Source of the DNA: Streptosporangiaceae bacterium
GTDB taxonomy: Bacteria; Actinomycetota; Actinomycetes; Streptosporangiales; Streptosporangiaceae
DNA: 64,000 nt
Assembly (NCBI GenBank): GCA_035484155.1
Contig: DATHPF010000056.1
Coordinates: 3,291-67,290 of the forward strand
Direction of reading: 5' to 3'
Part shown: positions 28,289-37,117 of the stretch, in pieces
How the letters are laid out: every line of letters begins with the position of its first letter
Numbering within the stretch: the stretch's first letter is position 1
Made by a program: the position numbers and the translations under genes
Notes under the pieces: model-generated
Database searches by the model: none
Seen by the model: the letters and a program-made list of their open reading frames with translations, nothing else
Told to the model about the DNA's origin: nothing

Positions 28289-29119
28289 GTGTCGATGCCG
28301 GGCGCCGCTCGGCCGGCCCACTCGGCTGGCAGCGCGCGTACGCCAGCGAAGGCAAGCGCGGTCCGGGTTGATCGGGCCGGCCCCGTCACCACGGTGATCC
28401 TGGACCGGCCCGAAGTACGCAACGCCGTCGACGGCCCGACGGCCGCGGCGCTCGCCGAGGCGTTTGCCGACTTCGACGCCGACGCGGACGCCGCGGTCGC
28501 TGTCTTGTTCGGAGCCGGCGGCACTTTCTGTGCCGGCGCTGACCTCAAGGCCATGGGCAGCCCGGACGGCAACCGGACTGAGTCAGGGGGGACCGCCCCC
28601 ATGGGTCCGAGCCGCCTGCGCTTGTCCAAGCCTGTCATCGCCGCCGTCGCCGGCCACGCCGTCGCCGGCGGACTGGAGCTGGCGCTATGGTGCGACCTGC
28701 GCGTCGCTGAGGAAGACGCCGTCTTCGGGGTCTTCTGCCGGCGCTGGGGCGTGCCGCTGATCGACGGCGGCACGGTCCGGCTGCCCCAGGTCGTCGGCCT
28801 CGGCCGGGCGCTGGACCTGATCCTGACTGGCCGGGCGGTCCCGGCCGCCGAGGCCTACCAGATGGGCCTGGTGTCGCGGCTGGTCAAGCACGGGGACGCG
28901 CGCGAAGAGGCCGAACTGCTCGCCCGCCAGATTGCCGCGTTTCCGCAGGCCTGCATGCGCAGCGACCGGGCCTCGGCCCTGGAATCGGTCTCGCTTGGTC
29001 TCGACGACGCGCTGGCGAACGAGTTCGCGCATGGGATGGCGACGCTGGCGGACCCGGGCGTCGTCGAGGGCGTGTCCCGATTTCGCGGCGGCGCGGGTCG
29101 CGGCGGCGCATCGGCCTGA
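28289..29119 (+). CDS. Enoyl-CoA hydratase/isomerase (crotonase) family protein
   Basis: 'VTTVILDRPEVRNAVD', 'GTFCAGADLKAM', 'PVIAAVAGHAVAGGLELALWCDLRV'. Start (GTG 28289 or ATG 28295) uncertain. Confidence 0.85.
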   Translation: MSMPGAARPAHSAGSARTPAKASAVRVDRAGPVTTVILDRPEVRNAVDGPTAAALAEAFADFDADADAAVAVLFGAGGTFCAGADLKAMGSPDGNRTESGGTAPMGPSRLRLSKPVIAAVAGHAVAGGLELALWCDLRVAEEDAVFGVFCRRWGVPLIDGGTVRLPQVVGLGRALDLILTGRAVPAAEAYQMGLVSRLVKHGDAREEAELLARQIAAFPQACMRSDRASALESVSLGLDDALANEFAHGMATLADPGVVEGVSRFRGGAGRGGASA

Positions 29120-29182
29120 CGCCGCGTCGTCAGCGTTCAGCGGTCGCGTCCCGCGGCTTGTCGTTCAGGTCTTGCCCAGCTT

Positions 29183-30466
29183 TTACGACATCGCGTACTC
29201 GGCGACCCAGGCCACCGTCATGGTCTCGGTCCCGTTGGGGGGCTGCGCCGGGCCGAGATTCTGGGACTGGATGTCGAGGTTCATCGCGATGTTCGGCCAG
29301 GAACCAGTGTCGCTCTGACTCACGCTGCCCACCGACTGCCCATCGACGGTGAAAGTGATGGTGCTGGGGGTCCACTGCACGCCGTAGGTGTGCCACTCGG
29401 TGGCATTGTTGTTGTTGACATTCACGTGCACCTGATTGTCGTTCTCACCGTTAGGCCCTGGATGCACGGTCGCCAGATAGTTGCCGCGATAGCCGCCGCT
29501 ATCTTCGAAGAAGTCGATCTCCGGTGGCCATACGTTGCTGTCGGGCCACAGCAGCAGAATGTTAGAGATATTGAAGTTCGGCTCGTAGTCGCCCTTCATG
29601 CGTACCTGATACATGCCGTACGTCTGCGGGTTCCCGCCGAAACTCACCCCGCCGGTGGCGCCGTTGCTCGCGTAGAAATGCAGCTCGCCGCCGCTGACGG
29701 CGACATTAGCCGGGTCCCACTGGCCATCGGGATCATTGCCAGGCTGTCCGGAGTAGGCTCCCCAGTTCGACGGCAGAGAGTTACCGGGGAAGTCCGTCGA
29801 ATAGGTCAGCCGCCAGCCGGGAACGTTCCCTGGCACCCCGGCACCGGACGGGGCAGCGGGGGCGGCCGGCTGGCTGGCCGCGCTTTTGGTCGGTGTCGCG
29901 CTGGCTGCGGGAGAGACCGAGCCTGTCGACAGCTCAAAACGACCGCCAGCGTCCGGCGCGGTCGTTCCGGACCGTGCGGGCGACTTCGCCGTGAGCGCGG
30001 TGGGCACCGAATTCAAGCTGATGTGCCTGATCACCGCCGCCGCTCCGACGCTGAGCGTCACGACAAGGAGAGTGGCTACCGCTACGACGAGCCGCCGGCG
30101 ACTGATGCTCCGCCTCGGGCGCTGTCGGCGTCGGGCGCCGCGGTGGTTTCGATCACCACGCCCCGCGCCAGTGCCGCGGTCCTCGTCGTCCCATGCCGCG
30201 TCGAGCTCGTCCCAGTCGTTCTCCTGGTCGTCCTGCATGACCGCAGCCCACGCGCCAACGCCGCTGTGCCACCCGTCCGGACTCGGCTGGACTTCCCAGC
30301 CGTCGTCGTCGACCGCAGCCCACGCGCCAACGCCGCTGTGCCACCCGTCCGGACTGGGCTCAGCCGCCCCGGCGGCTACGTAATCAGTGCCATCAGCAGC
30401 GCTATGACGGCGCCACGGCTCGTCAAGGCCATACCCGTCGAGTTCATCAGCGGGGCGCCCGCTCAT
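29183..30466 (-). CDS. Membrane-anchored glycoside hydrolase family 16 protein (paralogue 1)
   Basis: Acidic/Trp-rich N-terminus, Arg-rich stop-transfer followed by a TM helix ('LVVAVATLLVVTLSVGAAAVI'), a Ser/Ala/Pro linker, and a GH16 domain with 'WPPEIDFFE' (ExDxxE). Start trimmed to ATG 30466. Confidence 0.8.
   Translation of the reverse strand: MSGRPADELDGYGLDEPWRRHSAADGTDYVAAGAAEPSPDGWHSGVGAWAAVDDDGWEVQPSPDGWHSGVGAWAAVMQDDQENDWDELDAAWDDEDRGTGAGRGDRNHRGARRRQRPRRSISRRRLVVAVATLLVVTLSVGAAAVIRHISLNSVPTALTAKSPARSGTTAPDAGGRFELSTGSVSPAASATPTKSAASQPAAPAAPSGAGVPGNVPGWRLTYSTDFPGNSLPSNWGAYSGQPGNDPDGQWDPANVAVSGGELHFYASNGATGGVSFGGNPQTYGMYQVRMKGDYEPNFNISNILLLWPDSNVWPPEIDFFEDSGGYRGNYLATVHPGPNGENDNQVHVNVNNNNATEWHTYGVQWTPSTITFTVDGQSVGSVSQSDTGSWPNIAMNLDIQSQNLGPAQPPNGTETMTVAWVAEYAMS
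30239..30355 (-). repeat. 45-nt perfect direct repeat, 72-nt period, in the N-terminal region of GH16 paralogue 1
   Basis: gaccgcagcccacgcgccaacgccgctgtgccacccgtccggact occurs at 30239-30283 and 30311-30355. Encodes 'SPDGWHSGVGAWAAV' twice. Confidence 0.9.
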
Positions 30467-30572
30467 GTAGGTCCTAACCGTCGCCTTCGGCCGTAGCCGT
30501 GCTAAAACTGCGACCACAGCATATGACGCGGGCTCTCGATACGCAGGTCGTTCGGGTGTGTCGTCTGGTCGG

Positions 30573-31535
30573 TCAGGCCTTCCACAGCTCGACCGAACGG
30601 ATATTAAGAGAGCCCGAGCACACACCTGGAGTCGTCGGGTTCACCGAGTCGGCGAGATTAGCGATGAAAAACATCGGCAATTGAGGCACGGCAATGCGGT
30701 CCACAAAATACTCCTTGCCGTCTATGAACCAGGTGAGCTGTGATCTCGTCCAGGACAGGCCAAACGTATGCCAGGCGGTCCCGATGAGGTCCGGCGGTAG
30801 TTTAAACCGAAGCTGACCCTGACCCACCGGATGGAGGAATTCTGCGGATTCCTGGTCGACTCCCCAGTGCTCCAGGATGTCAATCTCAGGCGGCCACTGG
30901 CCGTTCGCCGCCTCGAGCCACAGGGCGGGCCACATGCCAGGCTCTTCCGGGATCTGAGCGACTACCTGGAGATATCCGTACTTAAATTGCAGGCCTGGGT
31001 CCGAGGTAACTATTCCTGACCGGCAAGCAAAGGTCTGCGGGCTGCCATCTTTCGCAGTGCCAGCCGTGGGAATCTTCTGCGCGACGAGATGAAGGGCCCC
31101 GCCGTAGACCTGGTCCTGGGCGGGCAAGTACCACTCGAACTCTTTATTACCGGAATTGGTGCAACCCGACGGGCTGCCGTCCGAGTCTCCGGGGTACGGA
31201 TAGCAGGTGCCCCACACCGAAGAGTCCAGCCCCGATCCCGAGAAGGTGGCGCTGAAGACCGGATTACCGGTCGGCTGTATCACGCCCGGGTCGGCAGCCG
31301 GTTGCGAGGGGGTCGGCGTAGGTGACGGCGAGGACGACGGAGAAGCGGTAGCCGTACGAGCAGCTGACGACACGGGAGCGGAGGGGCTACCAGCGCCAGC
31401 TGCCGTGCTATTCGAGGCACTGGCTAGGCTTAGACCCCAGTACACGACGGCCGCCACGACCAGAACGCTGGCCGCCACGGCCACAACGCCGGCCCCCATG
31501 GTAAGCGCGCGGGCTGGCGGCTTCCCCAGCCTCAT
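30573..31535 (-). CDS. Membrane-anchored glycoside hydrolase family 16 protein (paralogue 2)
   Basis: 'MRLGKPPARALTMGAGVVAVAASVLVVAAVVYW' anchor, Ser/Ala/Pro linker, and a GH16 domain with 'WPPEIDILE'. ATG 31535 preceded by 'gggagg'. The 669-aa track ORF is overlong (see rejected). Confidence 0.8.
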   Translation of the reverse strand: MRLGKPPARALTMGAGVVAVAASVLVVAAVVYWGLSLASASNSTAAGAGSPSAPVSSAARTATASPSSSPSPTPTPSQPAADPGVIQPTGNPVFSATFSGSGLDSSVWGTCYPYPGDSDGSPSGCTNSGNKEFEWYLPAQDQVYGGALHLVAQKIPTAGTAKDGSPQTFACRSGIVTSDPGLQFKYGYLQVVAQIPEEPGMWPALWLEAANGQWPPEIDILEHWGVDQESAEFLHPVGQGQLRFKLPPDLIGTAWHTFGLSWTRSQLTWFIDGKEYFVDRIAVPQLPMFFIANLADSVNPTTPGVCSGSLNIRSVELWKA

Positions 31536-31691
31536 CCGGCTACCTCCCACGTGGAATGCCTGTTCGGGCGCCAGCAGCTTATCGCGCCCGTTGCCTGAAT
31601 CGGTCCGACCTGCACCATTGCGGCCGCGGGCTGCCGCTCGACTGCAGGCGGCTGCTGCGGGGCGGCTGGCAGATTTGCGAGAATTGCCACC

Positions 31692-32906
31692 GTGGACGCC
31701 GAAGAGCTCGAACGGGCGTACCGGGCCGAGGCCACCACGCTGCGGGCAACGCTGGCGAGGCGGCTCGGCGACGTGGGTCTGGCCGAGGAACTGGTTCAGG
31801 ACGCGTTCGTCGAGGCACTCGAGCACTGGCAGGCGGACGGAGTCCCGCCGAACCCAGGCGGCTGGCTGACCACGACGGCCTGGCACAAGGCGATCGACCG
31901 GCAGCGGCGGGTCCGGACTGGCCGGGAGAAGCTGGCGCTGCTCGCTGTCACGGCGGACCGCACGGGTGGCGGCGAGCCAGCGCCGGATTCCGACGACGAC
32001 GACCTGCTGAGCCTGGTCTTCGCCTGCTGTCACCCAGCGCTGCCAGCCGACTCCCAGATCGCGCTCACGCTGCGGGCCGTGTGTGGCCTGACGACTGCGG
32101 AGATCGCGGCCGCGTTCCTGGTCAGTGAGCAGGCGATGGGACAACGGCTGTCGCGGGCCCGCCGGTCGCTGCGCGACGCGGGCGTGGCCGTGCGGATACC
32201 CGATCCTGACGACCTCGGCGAGCGGCTCGCAGCCGTGCTTGCCGTGGTCTACCTGGTGTTTAACGAGGGCTACCTGGCCAGCGCTGGGCGAACGCCCGCT
32301 CGCCGGGACCTCGCGGCCCAGGCGGTGTCGCTCGCGCGGCTGCTGCACCGCCTGATGCCGCGCGAGCCAGAAGCCCTCGGCTTGCTGGCGCTGCTGCTGC
32401 TGCATGAGTCGCGCGCTGCCGCCAGGTTCGACGGGTGGGGCCGCCTGATCCGGCTGGCTGACCAGGACCGCAGCCGTTGGGACGGCGAGCTGGCAGCCGA
32501 GGCGACCGGCCTGCTCGACCGGGCGATCGCACTGCGTCAGCCGGGCCCGTACCAGGTCCAGGCGGCTATCGCTGCGCTCCACTCAGCGGCGCCGGCCTAC
32601 CCGGAGACTGACTGGCACCAGATCCGGCTGCTGTATGACCGGCTCCAGGGCATGACGCCGTCGCCGGTCGTCCTGCTCAACCGGGCGGTCGCCACCCGGT
32701 ACTCGCTCGGCCCGCAGGCGGCGCTGGCCGAGGTCGAGCCGCTCGCGACCGAACTGGACGACTACCGGCTGTTCCATGCGGTCCGGGCCGAGCTGCTCAC
32801 CGCCGCCGGCCGGACCGCCGACGCGAGGGAAGCGAACGAGCGAGCGCTCGCGCTGGCCGCCAACCCAGCTGAGCGCGAGCTCATCGCCCGCCGGCTGGCT
32901 ACCTGA
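31692..32906 (+). CDS. ECF sigma factor with a long C-terminal (TPR-like) extension, ECF42-like
   Basis: Sigma2 region 'AEELVQDAFVEALEHW...WLTTTAWHKAIDRQRR'. Sigma4 region 'LRAVCGLTTAEIAAAFLVSEQAMGQRLSRARRSLR'. About 230 aa of helical extension. A YCII/DGPF gene lies adjacent. Confidence 0.85.
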   Translation: MDAEELERAYRAEATTLRATLARRLGDVGLAEELVQDAFVEALEHWQADGVPPNPGGWLTTTAWHKAIDRQRRVRTGREKLALLAVTADRTGGGEPAPDSDDDDLLSLVFACCHPALPADSQIALTLRAVCGLTTAEIAAAFLVSEQAMGQRLSRARRSLRDAGVAVRIPDPDDLGERLAAVLAVVYLVFNEGYLASAGRTPARRDLAAQAVSLARLLHRLMPREPEALGLLALLLLHESRAAARFDGWGRLIRLADQDRSRWDGELAAEATGLLDRAIALRQPGPYQVQAAIAALHSAAPAYPETDWHQIRLLYDRLQGMTPSPVVLLNRAVATRYSLGPQAALAEVEPLATELDDYRLFHAVRAELLTAAGRTADAREANERALALAANPAERELIARRLAT

Positions 32907-32915
32907 GCCGCCGGC

Positions 32916-32966
32916 CTACATCTCCACCACGGCTACATCTCCACCACGGCTACATCTCCACCACGG
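32916..32966. repeat. 17-bp x3 perfect tandem repeat spanning the YCII stop codon
   Basis: ctacatctccaccacgg x3 (32916-32, 32933-49, 32950-66). The innermost copy encodes '...PVVEM*' of the YCII gene. The two outer copies lie in the 43-nt convergent spacer. Confidence 0.95.
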
Positions 32967-33291
32967 GCCGTACCTCGATCGTGATCAGGCCTCGATCCAC
33001 GCCCGGCCAGGTCCTGCCGATCTCAATCGCCTCGTCGACGCTAGCTGCCTCCAGCACCGAGTACCCGCCGAGCACTTCCTTCGACTCGATGAACGGACCG
33101 TCGGTGACGCCGCCGGCCCGCGCTGTCTTAGCCGTTTCCGGTCCTTGCAGCTGGTGACCTCCGTCGGCGAGAGCACCGCTGCCGCCGTGCTTCTCGTACC
33201 ACGCCATGATCTGGGCGTACCAGGCCTGCTGCTCGCCCTCGGACAGCTGGTTGACTGCGTCGGTGTTCATGATGAGCATCACGTACTTCAT
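32950..33291 (-). CDS. YCII-related (DGPF) domain protein
   Basis: 'MKYVMLIMNTD...GGHQLQGPETAKTARAGGVTDGPFIESKEVLGGYSVLEAASVDEAIEI'. Start trimmed to ATG 33291. Confidence 0.8.
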   Translation of the reverse strand: MKYVMLIMNTDAVNQLSEGEQQAWYAQIMAWYEKHGGSGALADGGHQLQGPETAKTARAGGVTDGPFIESKEVLGGYSVLEAASVDEAIEIGRTWPGVDRGLITIEVRPVVEM

Positions 33292-33470
33292 CTCGCCTGC
33301 CTCTTGCTGGTAGCTGGGGCGCCGACGGCACCCTCCTGTCCGATTCCACGAACCGCTCGACCCGGATTTCGACATTTTCTGGTAGCAAATTTCCGGTCAA
33401 TTCCCACGGCGACCGCCAACCCGGACGCGAGCTTGCGCGTCATTGCAGTAGCGACGACCAGGGAGCCGCG

Positions 33471-34337
33471 ATGGGCCGCAAGCGATGGACACTTGTAACT
33501 GTGCTGACAGTAGCCGGGTGCGTAGCGGCACTCGCCGCGGGGACTGCGATCCCCGCCACCGCCAGTGCCGCTGTTGCGACGACGAACATCTGCACCTCAG
33601 CTGCGCACCCGAGGATCGCCGGCCGGATGTCGCGTGGCATCGCAGCCGTCCTCGCTAACCGGCGAGGGTCCGTCGTGGGCCTGGCAGCCTCGGCTCCCGC
33701 CGACGGCCTGACCTGCGCGTTCCACCAGTGGCGGTATTTCTACTCAGCTAGCGTCGTCAAGGTCACCATCCTGAGCTCGCTGCTACTCAAAGAAGGCGCG
33801 CCCGGGCACCTGACCAGCAAACAGCGCAGCCTCGCTAACCAGATGATCACCCAGTCCAGTAACAGCGCAGCGACTGCGCTCTGGGATGAAGTGGGCATGC
33901 GTAGCCTGCAGCACTTCCTGGACGAGGCGGGCATGCGCCACACGATCCTCAACGGCCGCGCCTGGGGCCTGACCCAGATCACCGCACATGACGAACTGAC
34001 GCTGCTCAACCTGCTCACCACCCCGGGCAGCGTGCTCAACAACAGGTCACGCGACTACGTACTGCAACTGATGTCCGAGGTCACTCCGTCCGAACGGTGG
34101 GGGGTGTCAGCTGGCGCGCCGGCCAGTGTCACTGTGCACATCAAGAATGGCTGGCTGCCCTATCCGGGCAGCGACGACTGGCGCATCAACAGCATCGGGG
34201 CGTTCACCGGCACGGGCATCACCTACCAGATCGTGGTCCTGACCGGACCGCCGGCGGGCAGCGGTCAGAGCGAGGGCTACGGCATCACCACCACCGAGAA
34301 CGTGGCCGCCGTCATCAACAGGGGCCTGGCCGGGTGA
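33471..34337 (+). CDS. Secreted class A beta-lactamase-like serine hydrolase
   Basis: Signal peptide. 'SASVVKV' (SxxK), 'QSSNSA' (SxN) and 'HIKNGW' (K-x-G) in the canonical order and spacing. Confidence 0.75.
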   Translation: MGRKRWTLVTVLTVAGCVAALAAGTAIPATASAAVATTNICTSAAHPRIAGRMSRGIAAVLANRRGSVVGLAASAPADGLTCAFHQWRYFYSASVVKVTILSSLLLKEGAPGHLTSKQRSLANQMITQSSNSAATALWDEVGMRSLQHFLDEAGMRHTILNGRAWGLTQITAHDELTLLNLLTTPGSVLNNRSRDYVLQLMSEVTPSERWGVSAGAPASVTVHIKNGWLPYPGSDDWRINSIGAFTGTGITYQIVVLTGPPAGSGQSEGYGITTTENVAAVINRGLAG

Positions 34338-34373
34338 TTCGCCCGACGGCCGGGAGCTGGCCGATAATGTTGC

Positions 34374-35108
34374 GTGCTCCCAGCCGCCCTGCCCACACCC
34401 GCAGCCGAGTTCCCGGACTGGCGGTTCGCGCCCAATATCGGCGGGCACCCGGACCGTTACGAGCTTGAGAACAGGGCGCTGGACCAGGCTGGGGACGTGC
34501 TGGCGGCGATGCGCGCGATCGCCCCGTGGGCGGGGCGGACGATCGTCGACCTCGGTTGCGGTACCGGCTACTGGCTTGCCCGGTATTCGGCTGACGCCGC
34601 CCGCGTCATCGGTGTCGAGCCTGATCCGGCGCTGCGCGCGGCGGCCCATGGTGCCGCCGCACCACTGCAGGGTGCGGACGTGCTGGCGGGCTCGGCCGAG
34701 CACTTGCCGCTCGCCGATCGCAGTGCCGACATCGTGCACGCCCGCTTCGCCTACTTCTTCCCGCCGGGGACCGACGCCGGCCTGGTCGAGGTCCTGCGCG
34801 TGCTGCGGCCAGACGGACACCTGGTCGTCGTGGACAACGATTACCGGTGGGGTGAGTTCGCCCGGCTGCTGGCGGCATCAGCGGTACGCCCGCCGCGGAC
34901 GACGGCTGCCGCGGTCGACGCCTGGTGGCGGGAGCGGGGGGCAACCCGGTACGAGGTGCGCTCGCGGCTGGACTTCGCGAGCCGGGCCGAGCTGTCCGCG
35001 GTCTTGCACATCGAGTTCCCGGCTGACGTAGCGCGCGCCTGGCTGCGCCGTCATCCGGCGGCAACCGGGCTGAGCTATGGCTACGTGCTATTCGCGGTGC
35101 GCGCCTGA
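34374..35108 (+). CDS. Class I SAM-dependent methyltransferase
   Basis: Motif I 'IVDLGCGTGYWL' and post-I 'VIGVEPD'. 'LRVLRPDGHLVVVDND'. Confidence 0.8.
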   Translation: MLPAALPTPAAEFPDWRFAPNIGGHPDRYELENRALDQAGDVLAAMRAIAPWAGRTIVDLGCGTGYWLARYSADAARVIGVEPDPALRAAAHGAAAPLQGADVLAGSAEHLPLADRSADIVHARFAYFFPPGTDAGLVEVLRVLRPDGHLVVVDNDYRWGEFARLLAASAVRPPRTTAAAVDAWWRERGATRYEVRSRLDFASRAELSAVLHIEFPADVARAWLRRHPAATGLSYGYVLFAVRA

Positions 35109-36064
35109 CTGAGCGTGGCCAGCTGCTCGGGCGCAGCGGCGACCCCCGGTTCGGTGGCCCGGTGGCGTGACTGCGACGTCTTAGTCCAGCTCGCGGCTAG
35201 CACTCCGAGGCAGACCACGCAGGCGCCGATCACCTGAACGATCGTCGGCTGCTCGCGCAGCACGACGGCTGCCAGCACGAGCGCGCCGGCCGGCTGGAGC
35301 AACAGCAGCAGGGATGACATCGAGGCAGGCAGCCGGGGCAAGGACGAGGTGATGAGCAGCCAGCCCGCCGTCCCGCTGAGCATCGCCAGCATGAGCAGCC
35401 AGCCGAAGGCCGGCCAGGGGATCACGATCTGGAAGCCGCCGAAGAGCAGGCCGAGCACGACCGAGCCGATGGCCGCCCCGACGGTCGCGTCCGCCAGCTG
35501 GCCTGCCACATGTCGCGTCTGTCCAGCGTTGGCGCGCAAGGTCAGGAGGAAACACGCGTAAGCCGCCGAAGTCGCGAGGCCAAAGCCGACGCCGGCGGCC
35601 GGACGCAGCCCGGCCGCGTGCCCGCCCAGCATGCCCGACACGAGCACGACGCCAGCAAGCACAACGGGCAGCATGAACAGATACCGGCGGTCCGGTCGTT
35701 CCCGCAGCACAACCCACGCAAAGGCGGCGACGAACAGGACCTGGAGGTTACCGAGCACAGTCGCCACCCCGGCACCGACGTCGGCTATCGCGTGATTCCA
35801 CAGCACGAGGTCCACAGCAAGGAACAGTCCGGCGATCAGCGCGTTGCGCCGGCGAGCTAGCGGCCGCGGTCCTAGGCGTCGCTGCTCGAGCGCCGCTAGC
35901 GGCAGCAGGACTGGGAGCGCCAGGGCGCAGCGAAAGAAGGCAGTGGTGGCGTCGCCGGTGTGCGCAAGCGTCACCAGGATCGCCGAAGACGAGATGCACG
36001 CGGCGCCTAGCACCGCCGTGAGCACCGGCGAGCCGACGAGACTGCTGCGACCGGTGGCGGTCAT
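35081..36064 (-). CDS. DMT-superfamily (EamA) transporter
   Basis: Ten hydrophobic helices in two EamA-like halves. ATG 36064 chosen, because the alternative at 36091 would overlap the divergent CGNR start. Confidence 0.8.
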   Translation of the reverse strand: MTATGRSSLVGSPVLTAVLGAACISSSAILVTLAHTGDATTAFFRCALALPVLLPLAALEQRRLGPRPLARRRNALIAGLFLAVDLVLWNHAIADVGAGVATVLGNLQVLFVAAFAWVVLRERPDRRYLFMLPVVLAGVVLVSGMLGGHAAGLRPAAGVGFGLATSAAYACFLLTLRANAGQTRHVAGQLADATVGAAIGSVVLGLLFGGFQIVIPWPAFGWLLMLAMLSGTAGWLLITSSLPRLPASMSSLLLLLQPAGALVLAAVVLREQPTIVQVIGACVVCLGVLAASWTKTSQSRHRATEPGVAAAPEQLATLSQARTANST

Positions 36065-36089
36065 GACCGTTTCGTCGTACGGTACTGAC

Positions 36090-36689
36090 ATGGCAGCAAC
36101 ACTACTCGGCGCACGCGACAGGGGTCAAAGTCATTTTGATGCTGACCAGCTTGAGGCCATGGCGGGCTGTGTCGAGCTCGTCAACACTGGCCGGGCGCGA
36201 GCTGGGGATCAGCTACGCGAGCTATCCGACCTCCAGGCGATGGCAGACAGATACGCCTTCGCCGGCGTCCGGGGGACTGCGGCCGACCTGGTTAAGGCAC
36301 GCGATTACCGGGACCGGCTTGACTCGATCGTCACTACGTGCGAGACGGGTGACGAGGACGACGCCATTGCTCAGATCAACGCGGTTCTCGCGCAGACGGG
36401 GGCCAGCCCGCAGATCGTGGCCCACGATGGCCGCGGCCCGCACCTGCACGTGTCCCGGCCGACCTCACCGCTCGCCGACCGGATGACCGCGCACTTCGCG
36501 ATGGGCCTCGCCTGGCTCGTCGTCGCGGGCGAAGCCCGGCGCATCCGCAGCTGCGAGTCGCCAGCCTGCCGGGACGTGTTCGTGGATCTGTCCAAGAACC
36601 GGTCACGTCGCTACTGTGACAGCCGCACGTGCGGCAACCGCCTGCACGTAGCCGCCTACCGTGCTCGCAAGCACGAGGCGGTCGGCTAG
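36090..36689 (+). CDS. CGNR zinc-finger (ABATE-domain) protein, putative regulator
   Basis: C-terminus 'CESPACRDVFVDLSKNRSRRYCDSRTCGNRLHVAAYRAR'. Divergent from the DMT transporter. Confidence 0.85.
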   Translation: MAATLLGARDRGQSHFDADQLEAMAGCVELVNTGRARAGDQLRELSDLQAMADRYAFAGVRGTAADLVKARDYRDRLDSIVTTCETGDEDDAIAQINAVLAQTGASPQIVAHDGRGPHLHVSRPTSPLADRMTAHFAMGLAWLVVAGEARRIRSCESPACRDVFVDLSKNRSRRYCDSRTCGNRLHVAAYRARKHEAVG

Positions 36690-36715
36690 CGGCGGTTCGC
36701 AGGTGGCAACCCGCC

Positions 36716-37117
36716 TCAGTCCTGGGGCGAGACCGTGACCAGTCCGGCGTCGCTCGAGGCTTTGCGGAGCCGATCGTCGTAAGTGACAAGGGCATCGAGT
36801 TCGGGAGCGAGGATGCGAGCGGTCGCAAGATGGATGGCGTCCAGCGATCGCAGGCTGCGGTCAGGCTCGTTCATAGCCCCCTCCACGACGTCGCCATCAA
36901 TCGCGATGTAGGAGAACGCGAGGAGCATGTCCCGCGCCGCGGGCAACAGCGCGGGCCTAGCCCGGGCGACCGCACGCATAACCTCGATCCGCAGGAGCGC
37001 TGAACTGACCCACTCGGCTTCGCTATGGGCATCGTAGAAGGCCGCGAATGCGTTCGAATCCGTCTCTTCGACTAGGAGCTTGATCACGGCGGAGGTGTCG
37101 GCGTAATAGAGGCTCAC
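36716..37117 (-). CDS. vapC: Type II toxin, PIN-domain VapC family
   Basis: 'MSLYYADTSAVIKLL' (first acidic PIN residue) and 'SLDAIHLATA'. 4-nt overlap with the upstream antitoxin gene. Confidence 0.85.
   Translation of the reverse strand: MSLYYADTSAVIKLLVEETDSNAFAAFYDAHSEAEWVSSALLRIEVMRAVARARPALLPAARDMLLAFSYIAIDGDVVEGAMNEPDRSLRSLDAIHLATARILAPELDALVTYDDRLRKASSDAGLVTVSPQD

Noticed and set aside
30573-32582. 669-aa minus-strand ORF from the track
   Set aside because: Only the 3' 321 codons encode the GH16 protein (ATG 31535 with a gggagg RBS). The upstream 348 codons are Arg/Gln/Pro-rich nonsense, antisense to the well-supported ECF sigma gene.
36089-36092. Overlapping divergent start codons (CATG) of the DMT transporter and CGNR genes
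   Set aside because: The transporter more likely starts at the downstream ATG 36064 ('MTATGRS...'). The overlap is a by-product of longest-ORF calling.
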